From contig NC_043006.1 in assembly GCF_006345805.1 (NCBI RefSeq), positions 45,694,001 to 45,758,000 of the forward strand: a stretch of 64,000 bases of DNA. Direction: 5' to 3'. This DNA is from Octopus sinensis (taxonomy: Eukaryota). Positions 12,799 through 25,810 of this stretch are shown here, piece after piece. Position 1 is the first letter of the stretch. Each line of letters opens with the position of its first letter. Both the position numbers and the translations under genes were made by a program. The notes under the pieces are model-generated. The model was not told the DNA's origin. It made no database searches and was given only the letters and a program-made list of their open reading frames with translations.

Positions 12799-13278
12799 TA
12801 ATAATACGAATGGTCATTGCTGCAGGAACATTTTTGATCATAGGCCTGTAAAATTAGGGCTGACATTGGAGCTAAACAACAACAGGGATGACAGCAACAG
12901 AAGTATGTCTCTTTCTACACTGGTGTGTAAGCCTAGCTGAAGTGAAAACTATTAATGGTAGTTAAGAGAGAGAGAGAGAGGTGGGGAGGGCGGGCTGGCT
13001 GGCTGGCTGGCAGGCAGGTAGGTCGGCAGGTTGGATTGTAGGTGGGTGGGTGGATGGCCTGCTAGTAAGGAACTCAAGATTTTCTACCTTGGTGTTTTTT
13101 AGCATCGACAATAGCTTGCAGGCAAAAAAAAAAAAAATAAATAAATAAAAATAAAAAAAACAAAAAAAAACAACAGCAGCAGCAGTTGCCTACTGCTGCT
13201 GCTGCTGCTGCTGCCTGACAACACAACTGATAGGAAAATAAACTGATTAAAGCATTAAAGCAAATGGATGTGCAACAC

Positions 13279-13322
<44 letters not shown>

Positions 13323-13423
13323 TTATTTATTCTTTTATTGACTGGAGGCTTCTTATTTGTTACTCTTATCAAGATTAAACCCTAATCCTCTCATGATACT
13401 GAACTGATTTACTCTTCAATATG

Positions 13424-13505
<82 letters not shown>

Positions 13506-13542
13506 GTTTGCCTATCAATTTATTTATCTATCTATCTGTCTG

Positions 13543-13602
<60 letters not shown>

Positions 13603-13603
13603 C

Positions 13604-13659
<56 letters not shown>

Positions 13660-13707
13660 TTGTCTATCTGTTTATCTATCTATCTATCTATCTATTTGTC
13701 TATCTGT

Positions 13708-13742
<35 letters not shown>

Positions 13743-13771
13743 CCTATCTATCTATCTATCTATCTATCTAC

Positions 13772-13815
<44 letters not shown>

Positions 13816-13908
13816 TTGTCTATCTGTTTATCTATCTATCTATCTATCTATTTGTCTATCTGTTTATCTATCTATCTATCTATCTACCTATCTATCTATC
13901 TATCTATA

Positions 13909-13979
<71 letters not shown>

Positions 13980-13988
13980 TTATCTATC
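13424..13988. repeat. ~565-bp (ATCT)n microsatellite with higher-order variant units
   Basis: Seen directly. The variant block ctatttgtctatctgtttat recurs about four times. Confidence 0.97.
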
Positions 13989-14869
13989 TTTAGGCCTTTG
14001 TGTCTCTCTCCATGTGCTCTCCTTATTTCTCTCTTTCTTTCTCTCCCTTCCTCTTAATGTGTGTGAATGTAGGTATCTGTCTATAATATAAATTAATATG
14101 TATCTGTTTGATGCCGATAATTCAGTTGGCAGGTACTCAGAGTTTCTCACTGTTCATTATGCAATCCTTTCCAGTATGAATAGTGTGTGTGTGGGTGTGT
14201 ATATATATATATATATGATGGTCATCCATTCATGACTGAAGAAGACCGTTGCTGACCTTTAGAAACATTGTGTGCTCTAAGACTAACTTATATTTTGCAC
14301 ACATATATATATATATATATACATATATGAACATACACATACACACTCACTCACTCACTCACTCAAGGTCCAAGAGTTTCGAAATTCTTAGGCCATGAGT
14401 CGCTCTGTTACTTCTGCTAAATATTAATAATATATTTATATATATATATATATATAAGCTTATTCCATTGGCACTCAGGAGCACTGAGTGGCAATGGAAT
14501 AAGTTTTGAATGAATAATCTCCATTACATGTATTGAGTACTTACTCCCTCATCCTGGTTATATATCCAGGCAAACACACACACACACACACACACAAATA
14601 TATCTTCAAAGTTTATCTGCTGTGGTATTTGATAGCATAAGAAAAATCACACAGGTGTATTAAGTCACACCTTAATTTCAGAATGCATATCCAGGAAATA
14701 AAGTTTTTAGTGCATTGGAGCCTACAGGAGGCCCAACTTTGTATATAGGTCCCAAGGTGACTTTTGAAGACACTTTTTTGTGGGGTGGGCAGGAGAAAAG
14801 TTCATCTTAGATGCCATCAAATACAGCTTGTAGTGACAGTTCAGTGCTGTTTATACATAACTTCTATTC

Positions 14870-15282
14870 TCCTATTCTTTTATTCTTTTACTTGTTTCAC
14901 TCATTTGACTGCAGCCATGCTGGAGCACTGCCTTAAAGGGTTTTAGTCAAAGAAATCGATCCCAGGACTTATTCTTTGTAAACCTAGTACTTATTCTGTT
15001 GATCTCTTTTGCCAGACTGCTAAGTTACGGGGGACATAAACATACCAACATTGGTTGTCAAGCGATGGTGCGGGGACAAACAGATGCAAAGACATACAAA
15101 TATACAAACACACACACACAATGGTTTTCTTTCAGTTTTTCTATACCAAATCCACTCACAAGACTTTGGTCAGCCTCAAGGCTATAGTAAAAGACACATG
15201 CCCAAAGTGCCATGCAGTGGTACTGAACCCAGAACCATATGGTTTGGGAAGCAGAATTCTTACCACATAGCCACGCCTGCAC
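14870..15282 (-). mobile_element. SINE A
   Basis: Reverse-complement family A from tail to head. Confidence 0.85.
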
Positions 15283-15339
15283 TTATGTTGATCTGTTTAA
15301 CATTTCTAGTAACAAACTATAATCAGTTCAGTTCCTTAA

Positions 15340-15555
15340 CCCTTTTGATACCAACCTAGCTGAAACTGCCTCTGGCTCTGTAGTACAAATGTCTTGTTTT
15401 CATAAATTCTGAATTAAAATCTCCCACCAAACTTTAGTCACAATTTATGTTCCTAACATAATGATAACAAAGTTGTTTTACTAAATTCTTTGTTATATTT
15501 AAATTTAATTGAAAGAAATACAGAGCATCTCAATAGAAATATGATAACAAAAGGG
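15340..15555. mobile_element. TTAA-flanked MITE family 1 (piggyBac-like), copy 1
   Basis: TTAA|cccttttgatacc ... ataacaaaaggg|TTAA. Confidence 0.85.
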
Positions 15556-15586
15556 TTAAAATTTATAGTAGAGAAACAAATCTTAA

Positions 15587-15810
15587 CCTTTTTGATACCA
15601 ACCTGGTTAAAACCACCTCTGGCTCTGTAGTACAAATGTCTTGTTTTCATAAGTTCTGAATTAAAATCTTCCACCAAACCTTAGTCACAATTTATGTTCC
15701 TAACATTAGCTTAATGATAACAAAGTGGTTTTACTAAATTCTTTGTTATATTTAAAATTAAATGAAAAAAAAACTCGGAACATCTCAGCAGAAATACAGT
15801 AACGAATGGG
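15587..15810. mobile_element. TTAA-flanked MITE family 1, copy 2
   Basis: TTAA|cctttttgatacc ... gtaacgaatggg|TTAA. Same orientation as copy 1. Confidence 0.85.
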
Positions 15811-15864
15811 TTAACAAAATCTTTTACAGCAACCTCAACAAGAATTTCATTTGTTTATTATTTT

Positions 15865-15897
<33 letters not shown>

Positions 15898-16686
15898 ATT
15901 ATACCTAAAATTGATAAGTTGGAAATAATCTACACGTGGTCACTTGTGCTTCTTTTACCATTTTGTCCATTTTATATCTTTGTTATTTCATGACTTGAAC
16001 ATTCTAGTTGGTATTTCAATACTAATCTCCACCTTCTGATGCTATTTTTTTTTGTCTCTCTTTATCTCTCTTTTTATTTATTTATTTTTTTTTTTTTTGT
16101 TATTTGCCATATAATCTCACTGCTAATGTTACTCTTTAACATTAACACTAAAGCAAACACGATTCTCCATTTAAGCTTCCTTCCTTCACAGACACAAACA
16201 CACACACACACACACACATATATATATGTACATACATATTATATACAGTGTTTTTGTGTGTGTATGTATATATAATCACATCCTATAAAACAATCAGCCA
16301 CAAGAGAAGCAAAAAAAAAGATTAATGCAAGCACATACACACGCATATCTGTCTACAAAATAGAAGCATTTTATTCTGATGGACGCTCATTAGTGATGAT
16401 AACTAACTAAATCTCAAATCCTACTTGTGCTTGCTGGGGTAGGAGGATTTTGCTTATGGTAAACACTTAGCCTTTTCTGCTTTTTTTTGTTTTGTTTTGT
16501 TTTGTTTTATTTTCCCAATCCAAAGCAAATGTTTTCTCTCTAACCTGGTAGAATATTCTTACCCACTTGAAGTCATCCAATAATTCCAAAGCAAAATAAA
16601 AGCAAAGAATTCTTTTCCTTCTACTCTGTTATCAAAATGAGGAGTTTAAAGCTTAAATTATTTACTTCCAATTAAGTTCCTGTCTT

Positions 16687-16723
<37 letters not shown>

Positions 16724-17029
16724 TTAAAAAATAAGGGAAAGATTTCAACCTTCATTTATAATTTCTGTTTAACCGAAGTAATCCAACAGGTCATACTTCC
16801 TTCCCCTGGCAACTTCCTCATGTAGGATAGGTATAATTACATTCACAATTACGTTTTCAATTCTTATTATTTCAAAAACTTAAGAACATTTATTTGGGGA
16901 CTTGCTGTTGATATGAAACCCAGCTAGCAGAACAGTTAGCATGCTAAGCAAAATACTTAGCAGCATTTCATCCGTCTTCAAGTTCTAAATGTTTAATATC
17001 TTTTACATCATGGTTTAACTTTTATAGAA

Positions 17030-17420
17030 ACAGAAGTGGCTGCGTGGTAAGTAGCTTGCTTACCAGCCACATGGTTCCGGGTTCAATCCCACTGTGTGGC
17101 ACCTTGGGCAAGTGTCTTCTGCTATAGCCTCGGGCCGACCAAAACCTTGTGAGTGGATTTGGTAGACAGAAACTGAAAGAAGCCTATCGTATATGTGTGT
17201 GTGTGTGTGTGTATGTTTGTGTGTCTGTGCTTGTCTCCCTCAACATTGCTTGACAACTGATGGTGGTGTGTTTACGTCCCTGTAACTCAGCAGTTCGGCA
17301 AAAGAGACCGATAGAATAAGTACTAGGCTTACAAAGAATGAGTCCTGGGGGCGATTTGCTCAACTAAAGGCAGTACTCCAGCATGGCCACAGTCAAATGA
17401 CTGAAACAAGTAAAAGAGAA
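17030..17420 (+). mobile_element. SINE A
   Basis: Family A match. Confidence 0.88.
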
Positions 17421-17719
17421 GATGTCAAAAAGGGAAGAAATTCATCATCATCACTATCATCATCATATTTTTAATGTTCACTTTTCTATGGCTTAAACGA
17501 GTCAATGGAATTTGCTGAGATAGATTTTTCTATGGATGGATGCCTTTCCTATCACCAACCATCACCTCTTTCCAAGCGAGGTAATATTTCCCCATGACCG
17601 GACATGTTTTCACAGAAGATTCGAAACGAAAGATGCTTGTATGTCAGTGATGCTTATATATAAAGGCAAAGAGACAGCAATGCATGTGCATGCACACACA
17701 TACATGCACGTACACACAC

Positions 17720-18325
17720 ACACACATACAACAGGCTTCTTTCAGTTTCTGCCTACCACGTCCACTCACAAGTCTTTGGTCAGTGCTGGTCTATAGTAGA
17801 AGTTAAGGTGCATGGCTCAGTGGTTAGGGTGTCAGGCTACCACTCGTGAGGCTGTGAGTTCAATACCTAAATGGGGCTGTGTGTTGTATTCTTGAGCAAG
17901 ACACTCTTAATTCATGTTGCTCCAGTTCACACAGCTGTAGAAAGGAATTGCGAGTCACTGATACCAAACTGTATTGGCCTTTGCCTTTCTCTTGGACAAC
18001 ATTGGTGACATGGAGAGGAGAGGCCAGTATGTATGGGCGACTGCTGGTCTTCCATAAACAACCTTGCCTGGACTTGTGCCTTTCTAAGTGCAGTCCCATG
18101 GTCATTCATGACCGAAGGGGGTGTCTTCATCCTTGACCCTGCTGGTCTTCCATAAACAACCTTGCCTGGACTTGTGCCTTTCTAGGTGCAGCCCCATGGT
18201 CTTTCATGACCGAAGGGGGTGTCTTCACCCTTGACCCTTCATCTAAAGTGCTACACAGTGGAGACTGAACCTGAAACAATGTGGTTGGGAAGCAGGCTTT
18301 TACCACACAGCTATTCCTGCACCTG
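17720..18325. mobile_element. SINE D (plus, ~17800-18235, with its 3' ~95 bp duplicated in tandem) nested in a SINE A (minus)
   Basis: SINE A is broken at ctatagtagaag and resumes near 18240. ctgctggtcttccataaacaaccttgcc...gaagggggtgtcttca appears twice. Confidence 0.8.
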
Positions 18326-18878
18326 TAAAATCACATTGAAAATTGTCCTGCCTCAGACGTCAACTTGAATAACACACCACAAGAGACCCACAAGAACTAA
18401 CGATTCATTAACACCATGCAAACATTAAGATCGACAGATATGGAACCACAGGTGTATGAGTGACAATCATCAATCAGACAGTAAAGTGCTAATTTCATTT
18501 GAAGCAATAGCACAAGTAATATTAAGTTGCAGACCTGTTGGTTGTCAGTTTAGCCTGTGGTACAGAAATTGAGGTTATGATCTCTTTGTTAGCATATATC
18601 AGACATACTCACACTTGAGCAGACAGTACCCAGATTTAATTACGTCTTGATAGGCTACCATGACATTGTGACTCCTTCTATAGAAGTGAGTAGGATAGAA
18701 CTACATTAGTCTAACATTCGGCCCCACCCACTGCATCATACTTTGGGCAAATGGCTTCTAATATAGCCCTGGTGTGACCAGTGCCTTGAGAGTGAATATG
18801 TTAGATGGAAATTGTGTGGAAGTCCCTTGTGTATGTGTGTCTGGTGTGTGTATGTGTATGTGTATGTGTGTGTGTGTA

Positions 18879-18952
<74 letters not shown>

Positions 18953-19095
18953 ATATACATACATACATACATGTATATATATGGAAGATGGACATTAAAT
19001 GATGATGATGATGATTTGTATGTGTATGTGTGTATATGTATTTATATCATCATCATCATCATCATCATCTAACATCTGCTTTTCATGCTAGCATG

Positions 19096-19167
<72 letters not shown>

Positions 19168-19685
19168 CATACATACATGTGTGTGTGTGTATTTTTATTT
19201 GTATATATCTATATATCTACACTCACACGTGTGTGTGTGTGTGTCTCACTTGACAACTGGTGTTGGTTTGTTTACGTTTATGTAACTTAGTGGTGTCATG
19301 AAACCACTAGTAAATGACCGAAACAAATAAAAAATAAAAGCTTGGATTACTTTTCATTTGAATCTTTTATAAGTTACCGAGTTTCATGATTTTAATTGCT
19401 CTTAATGGTGACTGTCACCAATTCACAACTAGTATGTTACTTGTGTGGGGTAGGGTTGTTTTGAGGAAAGTAAGAAACAGTTGTTGTTTTAGAATTAAGT
19501 GTATTCCATCCATGACAATCCTGTTTTATTTAGGGTGTCTAGAAACATGTTATCCAGTATGTGTCATTCGTCTTTTTTATATCATTTTATTAAATACCAA
19601 ATTGTGGTCGACCCTTTTGATATCAGGTTATCTCAGACCATCCTTGCTCCTTTGATATAGACCTGTTTTTATGTTTTCATATAAG

Positions 19686-19920
19686 TGGAGTCACATGGCT
19701 TAGTGGTTAGGGTGTTGGACTCATGATTATGAGATTGTGATTTCGATTCCTGGACCAGACGATGCATTATGTTCTTGTGCCGAACACTTCATTTCACTTT
19801 GCTCCTGTCCACTCAGTTAGCAAAGATGAGTTATCCTACAATGGACTAGCGTCCCATCCAGTGGGGAGGGGGAATATATATGCCAGAGAAACCAGGAAAC
19901 CAGCCTTATGCTCCTTATGG
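19686..19920 (+). mobile_element. SINE of the C/D class (head gtggagtcacatggcttagtggttaggg) with a CORE-like central domain
   Basis: Homologous to 29645-29834 and 52198-52450. Confidence 0.8.
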
Positions 19921-20225
19921 ACTAACCATCTTAAAATTGAACAAGTTATTTAATTAAATCCTTCCAAATTCTTGATTATTTTCAAAATTAATTGTTACAC
20001 ATGGTGTATTTCATTAGAAATATAGTAGTGAATAATGTTTCCAGGGATATTTGGTTGCTATTTCTAGCAGATTGAGTGAACTTATGAAGGCTCCCCTGAT
20101 AGTTCTAGGAAAGAATAAGTGAATGAAAATCATCTAAGGCCATTATTCCACTCTTTAAAATAGTTTGTAGCTTGAAGTCAGTTGAAGTTATTTAAACAAA
20201 CACACATATATACATGTGTATGCAT

Positions 20226-20279
<54 letters not shown>

Positions 20280-20886
20280 GCATACATGTGCACAGTTTCA
20301 CACAGACAACAGATGAACACATGTATATTAACACCATGCATACAAATGTATATACAGATACAAATACCAAACCCATACATGCATATATATCTACACACAC
20401 ACAAACATATGCACCAATCACTTGCGCACAGACATACATGCACACACACACACACACATACACACACACACACAGATCAGCCACACATACCCAGAGTGGT
20501 TTCTAATCATGTAACCCCTCCCCCTATTATTCACATGGCAGATGTTCAAAAGAATTTTCTTTCTAACGTTCCACTAGCCAACCATATAACTTCACGTAGC
20601 GTGCCTTCACTCCGCACCCACCATTCTCACACCCTCGCATAGAATACAAGACAGCGCCATATATCATACAAGTGACACACACACACACGCATACACACAC
20701 ACATTCAGACACAGACATTCATACACACACATATTCACATACATGGTGTATTATATTCTTAAGAACTTTTTGTTACAAAAGTTGAACATTGGCTAGTCAG
20801 GTGGTACTTTTAGTTTTAAGTTACACAAGTGTGCTGAGTTTCTTTGCTTTATCTCTCCATGATCTAGGTTTCAAATCATTTTAGAT

Positions 20887-21103
20887 CAGGGCTTGGCGAA
20901 CAGGGGTAAATTACTTCAAGTGAAGTAAAAATGAAATTCTTGGGGGTAATGAGGACTTGTTTGTAAAATTATATGAAAGACATGCTCCTTGTTACGACAG
21001 ATATTTTTCTCCTGGTATGAGGCGGCAGTCAAAAAGTTGCTGCCTTTTACAACAACCTACCTTTGGGAACAAGGATTTTCCTCTCAAATGAACATAAAAG
21101 CAA
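20887..21103 (+). mobile_element. Internally deleted hAT (Charlie/Buster-type) element with a transposase C-terminal fragment
   Basis: TIR-like cagggcttggcgaac follows ttttagat. The ORF reads AVKKLLPFTTTYLWEQGFSSQMNIKAK, matching the hAT dimerisation motif LLPFxTTYLCExGFS. It is cut off by SINE A at ~21104. Confidence 0.75.
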
Positions 21104-21490
21104 AGCTTGCTAACCAACCACATGGTTCCGGATTCAGTCCCACTGCGTGGCATCATGGGCAAGTGTATTCTGCTATAGCCTCGGGCCGACCAATGCCTTG
21201 TGAGTGGATTTGGTAGACGGAAACTGAAAGAAGCCTGTCGTATATATGTATATATATATATATATATATGTATGAGTTTGTGTGTCTGTGTTTGTCCCCC
21301 TAGCATTGCTTGACAACCGATGCTGGTGTGTTTACGTCCCTGTCACTTAGCAGTTCGGCAAAAGAGACCGATAGAATAAGTACTGGGCTTACAAAGAATA
21401 AGTCCCGGGGTCGATTTGCTCGACTAAAGGCGGTGCTCTAGCATGGCCGCAGTCAAATGACTGAAACAAGTAAAAGAGTAAAAGAGAGAG
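21104..21490 (+). mobile_element. SINE A, 5'-truncated and well preserved
   Basis: Family A match with most CpGs retained. Confidence 0.9.
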
Positions 21491-22214
21491 AGAGTAATCA
21501 ATTGGATTCTGAAGACTATCCAAATTGCTCTGGCATCAAAATTCCCCATGTTAGACTAATGTAATTGTAACAAAAATGAAACCACATCATTTCTCCAAGA
21601 CCTGAAGTGAAAATGTTTCTAGAAAAATCCTTTTGTTTCATAATGAGGATATTAATTTATTTTATTGCCTTTGTTTTATATTTTTTATATTTATAATTGT
21701 ATTCTCCATACAAATAGAGTCAATAAACCTTTTGAATTCAAAGAATCTATGATTTTCTTCCTTTCAAACCAAGGGGACAACATTGATGTAAATAAATATA
21801 TTTTGGGGTAATTGGTTAAAAATGTTCCCCAACCCCTATTTTAGACCAACCTTGCAAAAATGGTAACATTTTATCTCTGTATAGTGGCGATTCTCAAGCT
21901 GTAAGTCACAGCTCCCTACTGCTCCAGTCTCTTTTGCTGAACCACTAGGTTACAGATATGTAAACACACACACACACACACACACACATGTTTGGTAGCT
22001 TCCACCTACCAAATCCACTCACAAGGTTTTGGTCAACCTGAGGCTATAGTAGAAGATACTTGTTCAAAGTGCCTTTCAGTGGGACTAAACCCGTAACCAT
22101 GTGGTTGGGAGGCCAGCTTCTTACCACATAGCCATGCCTACATACATACATACATATGTACATACCTACATGTGTGTGCATGTTTATCTCACCACCACTT
22201 GACAACTGTTATTG

Positions 22215-22620
22215 GTTCAATTTCTACTGAGGTCGACTTTGCTTTTCATCCTTTTGGGTTCGATAAACTAAGTACCAGTGAAACACTGGGGTCAATGTAA
22301 TTGACTAGTCTCCTCCCCCAGATTTCAGGCCTTGTGCCTTTAGTAGAAAGGATTATTATTATTATTATTGTTGTTGTTGTTGTTATCATCATCATTATCA
22401 TTATTATGGCAGTGAACTGGCAGATTTGTTACCATGCTGGGCAAAATGCTTAGTAGTATTTCACTTGTTGCTGTGTTCTGAGTTCAAATTCCGCCGAGGT
22501 CGTCTTTGCTTTTCATCCATTCAGGGTCGATAAATTACATACCAGTGAAAGACTGGGGTGGATGTAATTTACTATTGCTCTCCCCCAAAATTTCAGGCCT
22601 TGTGCCTATAATAGAAAGGA
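22215..22620 (+). mobile_element. Two SINE B fragments, each ending at an ATT repeat
   Basis: B bodies at ~22215-22355 and ~22405-22620. Confidence 0.75.
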
Positions 22621-22638
22621 TTATTATTATTATTATTA

Positions 22639-23004
22639 GTTTATGTTTGACTTTTGTTTTACATTTGTACAAGTTGGCTGCAAGTCTCACCCAGAGACCT
22701 CAAGAGATAACAAGTTGGAAGTTCATGCTGGTGTTATGCCTAGGGTGCCATATGTTTGGTTTTGTACATAGTGTTGTTCTAGAGAATGTTTAAGAAACCA
22801 TAAGAAAATTATGTTTGTTTTAAAACTTGAGATTACATAGAAAGTATTTTGCGTAGGATATGAGCAGTTCCCATGAGCACTATCTTTTGAATTTCTGCCA
22901 TTTTGGGTTTTCCTAGGTAGCAATCAGCCCCTTTTGCTATCATTCCCAGGGCACCTATGACAACAGGTATTGTTTTAGTCTTCAAGTTCCACATTTTGCT
23001 ATAT
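22639..23004 (-). mobile_element. 5'-truncated RLE-clade non-LTR retrotransposon (R4/Dong-like): endonuclease C-terminus plus 3' UTR, within (ATT)n
   Basis: Minus-strand translation KMWNLKTKTIPVVIGALGMI...EIQKIVLMGTAHILRKILSM* fits the C-terminal signature of restriction-like-endonuclease LINEs. ATT repeats lie on both sides. Confidence 0.8.
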
Positions 23005-23008
23005 ATTA

Positions 23009-23042
<34 letters not shown>

Positions 23043-24298
23043 GTTAAGCATGAGGGTGGTGGACTGGCAGAATTGTTAGAATGTCAGACAAAAAACTCTG
23101 GGTTACACATGGCCACTCCTTGCTGAAAGGTTTGAGGTACTCTAAAGATATTAATGCTTTTATATTGTTGCGATATTGTGTGTGTGTGTGTGTGTGTGGT
23201 TTGCATGTGTTCTTCATGGAAAGATAGGATTCAATTTGGGTCCTCAAGAGTTGGTTTCTCTACTCTGATCTCCAGTATTTATTCTGTATCACACACACAC
23301 TATCAAGTGAACCATAATATGTATCAGCTTTTGTTTAGTTTTATAACTCTAGTTCAGAATTAAGTGTTGCCTTACATATGCCGCAATCTGTAGTTACATT
23401 GTCTGATACTGTGAGAGGAAGTCAAGAAATATTACCTCTGTCTCATCTCCCCCTCTTTCTCCTCCCCAAGTTTGTGTTGAGGATCTAGTGTTGATAAAAT
23501 TGAGGGCAAGGTCACATTGTGTCTGAGTTTCTAACATAACCACAAGTACACCCCAAATTAAGTTTTGCAAGCCAATAACAGACTTTTCGAATTTAAAGCA
23601 TAACTGGTTTATGTATTAGTCAGACTTTCCATCCTCAAATTATCAAAATGCTTAGTGGTACTTTGTCTGTCTTTATGTTCTGAGTTCAAGTTCCATCAAG
23701 GTTGACGTTGCCTTTCATCTTTTGGGGTTGATAAATTAAGTACCTGTTGTGTACTGAGGTCGATCTAATCAACTGGCCCTCTCCCAAAAAATTTTGAGCC
23801 TTGTGCCTAGAGCAGAAAAGAATATATATAAAATTTACTTTTATTTATATAAATAATATAAGACATTATAAGTATCAGTTTGGGACATTATCAATAGCTC
23901 TTTGTGATAGACAAAACACAGCGGGTCCTCTCTAATGGGTCTTGAAGCACAAATGTGATCACTTGTCCAAATGCTGGTTGGAATGAAAGACAGATCATCA
24001 ATTGAAATATGAAGCTATTTAAAAATAAAATTAGTGAGGTTAATTAATTAATTGCTCAGGAAGTTGTTAGCTTGTTCTCATTAGTATTTATTCCAGTTAT
24101 GCAAGGAAGATATCAAAGTTAACTCTACCTCTACTACAATGACGAAACAAACTTGCTAAATAACAAACAACAGAAAGGAGAGAAGAGCTAATGCATATAA
24201 GACCTGCAACTAATAAAGCTAGTGGGGAACTGAACATATCCAGTGAGGTGAGGTAGGTGGTGAGTGATAATGGACTATGCTGGACCATGATCTGTGAG

Positions 24299-24331
<33 letters not shown>

Positions 24332-24694
24332 CCATCGTTATCATTTAATGTTCCATTTTCCATGCTGGTATGGGTTGAATAGTTTGACAGGGGCTAACAA
24401 ACTAGAGACTGCACCGTGCTTCAATGTCTTCTTTGGTATGGTTTCTATGACTGGATGCCCTTTCTAACACCAACCACTTGATAGAGTGTACTGCGTGCTA
24501 TTCCCATGCCATTGGCACCTGTAAGGTTGCTAAGTAACTTGCAAGACAGGCCCCTCCCCCATCATATATCATCATTTAATGTCTATGTTCCATACTGACA
24601 TGGGTTGGACTCGTTATTAAATTTCTGTATGTCTATCTGACTCTCTCTCTCTCTCTCTCTCTCTGACACTCACTATCAATGCACATCATCATCA

Positions 24695-25015
24695 TGAAAG
24701 ACCCTCTTCGGTCATGATTGACCATGGGATTCCATCTAGAATGTTGTCCTCCAAGGCACAACTCTAGGCAAGGTTGTTTATGGAAGCTTATACATACCAG
24801 CCTCCCCTCTCTATGTCACTGATATTGTCCAAAGGAAAGGCTGATACAGCTTGGTGCCAGTGACATCACAGCTCATTTCTACAGCTGAGTGAACTTGAGC
24901 AATGTGAAATAAAGAGTTTTGCTCAAGAACACAACATACAGCCTGGCCCAGGAATCGAACTCACTACCTCATGGTTGTGAGCCTGACGCCCTAACCACTG
25001 GGCCATGAGCCTTCA
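24695..25015 (-). mobile_element. SINE D
   Basis: Homologous to 28195-28533. Confidence 0.85.
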
Positions 25016-25449
25016 ATTATAAAATAGCGGTAAATCTACATAAGCAAATATGGTATATATGAATGTGCATGTGTGTTACCCATATATTCATCTTTTGTTT
25101 GAGCAACATTTTGTTTGTATAAAATATATTTATTTCATTTTTGTTTGTATGTTCACACAGTCTGTCATGTTTGGTTCCTTGTGTGTTTGCTCGCGATTTC
25201 TCAGTAGCTTCTTGTTACTGATGCCACCAAAGGGGAGCAAGTTATTGTTAAAGGCGTGAGATCATTATGGTCCTTTGGATGATAACTGATGAGGATTCAG
25301 TGACATTCCATGTGTGTGTTTTCTGTTTGTTCCATTGTTGTATTTCTATATAAATTTTGAACACACACGCACACACACAGAACCACTATGATCATTTACT
25401 CCATCATGCACCAGTACCTTACAGGTGAGAAGCTGTATGAACAATTGTC

Positions 25450-25810
25450 ATGCATCACATGGTTCCAGGTTCAGTCCCACTGCATGGCACCTTGGGCAAG
25501 TGTCTTCTACTATATCCTCAGGCCAACCAGAGCCTTGTGAGTTGATTTGGTAGACAGAAATTGAAAGAAGCCCATTGTGTATGTGTGTGTGTGTGTATGT
25601 ATATGTGTGTGTGTGTTTGTGTTTGTCCCCTTATCACCACCTGACAACTTGTGTTGGTGTGTTTATGTTCCCATAGCTTAGCAGTTCAGCAAAAGATTCC
25701 ATTAGAATAACTACTAGGGTTTTTTTTAAATATGCTCTTGGCTAAAACCCTTCAAGGCAGTGCTCCAGTATGGCCGCTGTCAGATGACTGAAACAAGTGA
25801 AAGGATAAGG
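25450..25810 (+). mobile_element. SINE A, diverged
   Basis: Family A match. Confidence 0.8.

Noticed and set aside
13421-14091. Long ORFs of SIYL repeats
   Set aside because: Translations of the (ATCT)n microsatellite, which has no stop in those frames.
19386-19680. Possible decayed Penelope RT on the minus strand (DNMFLDTLNK-like)
   Set aside because: Too degenerate, with no YxDD motif visible. Would need a profile search.
24096-24256. Segment bounded by ttccag and gtgagg
   Set aside because: Stops in all three frames; at best non-coding, and unsupported.
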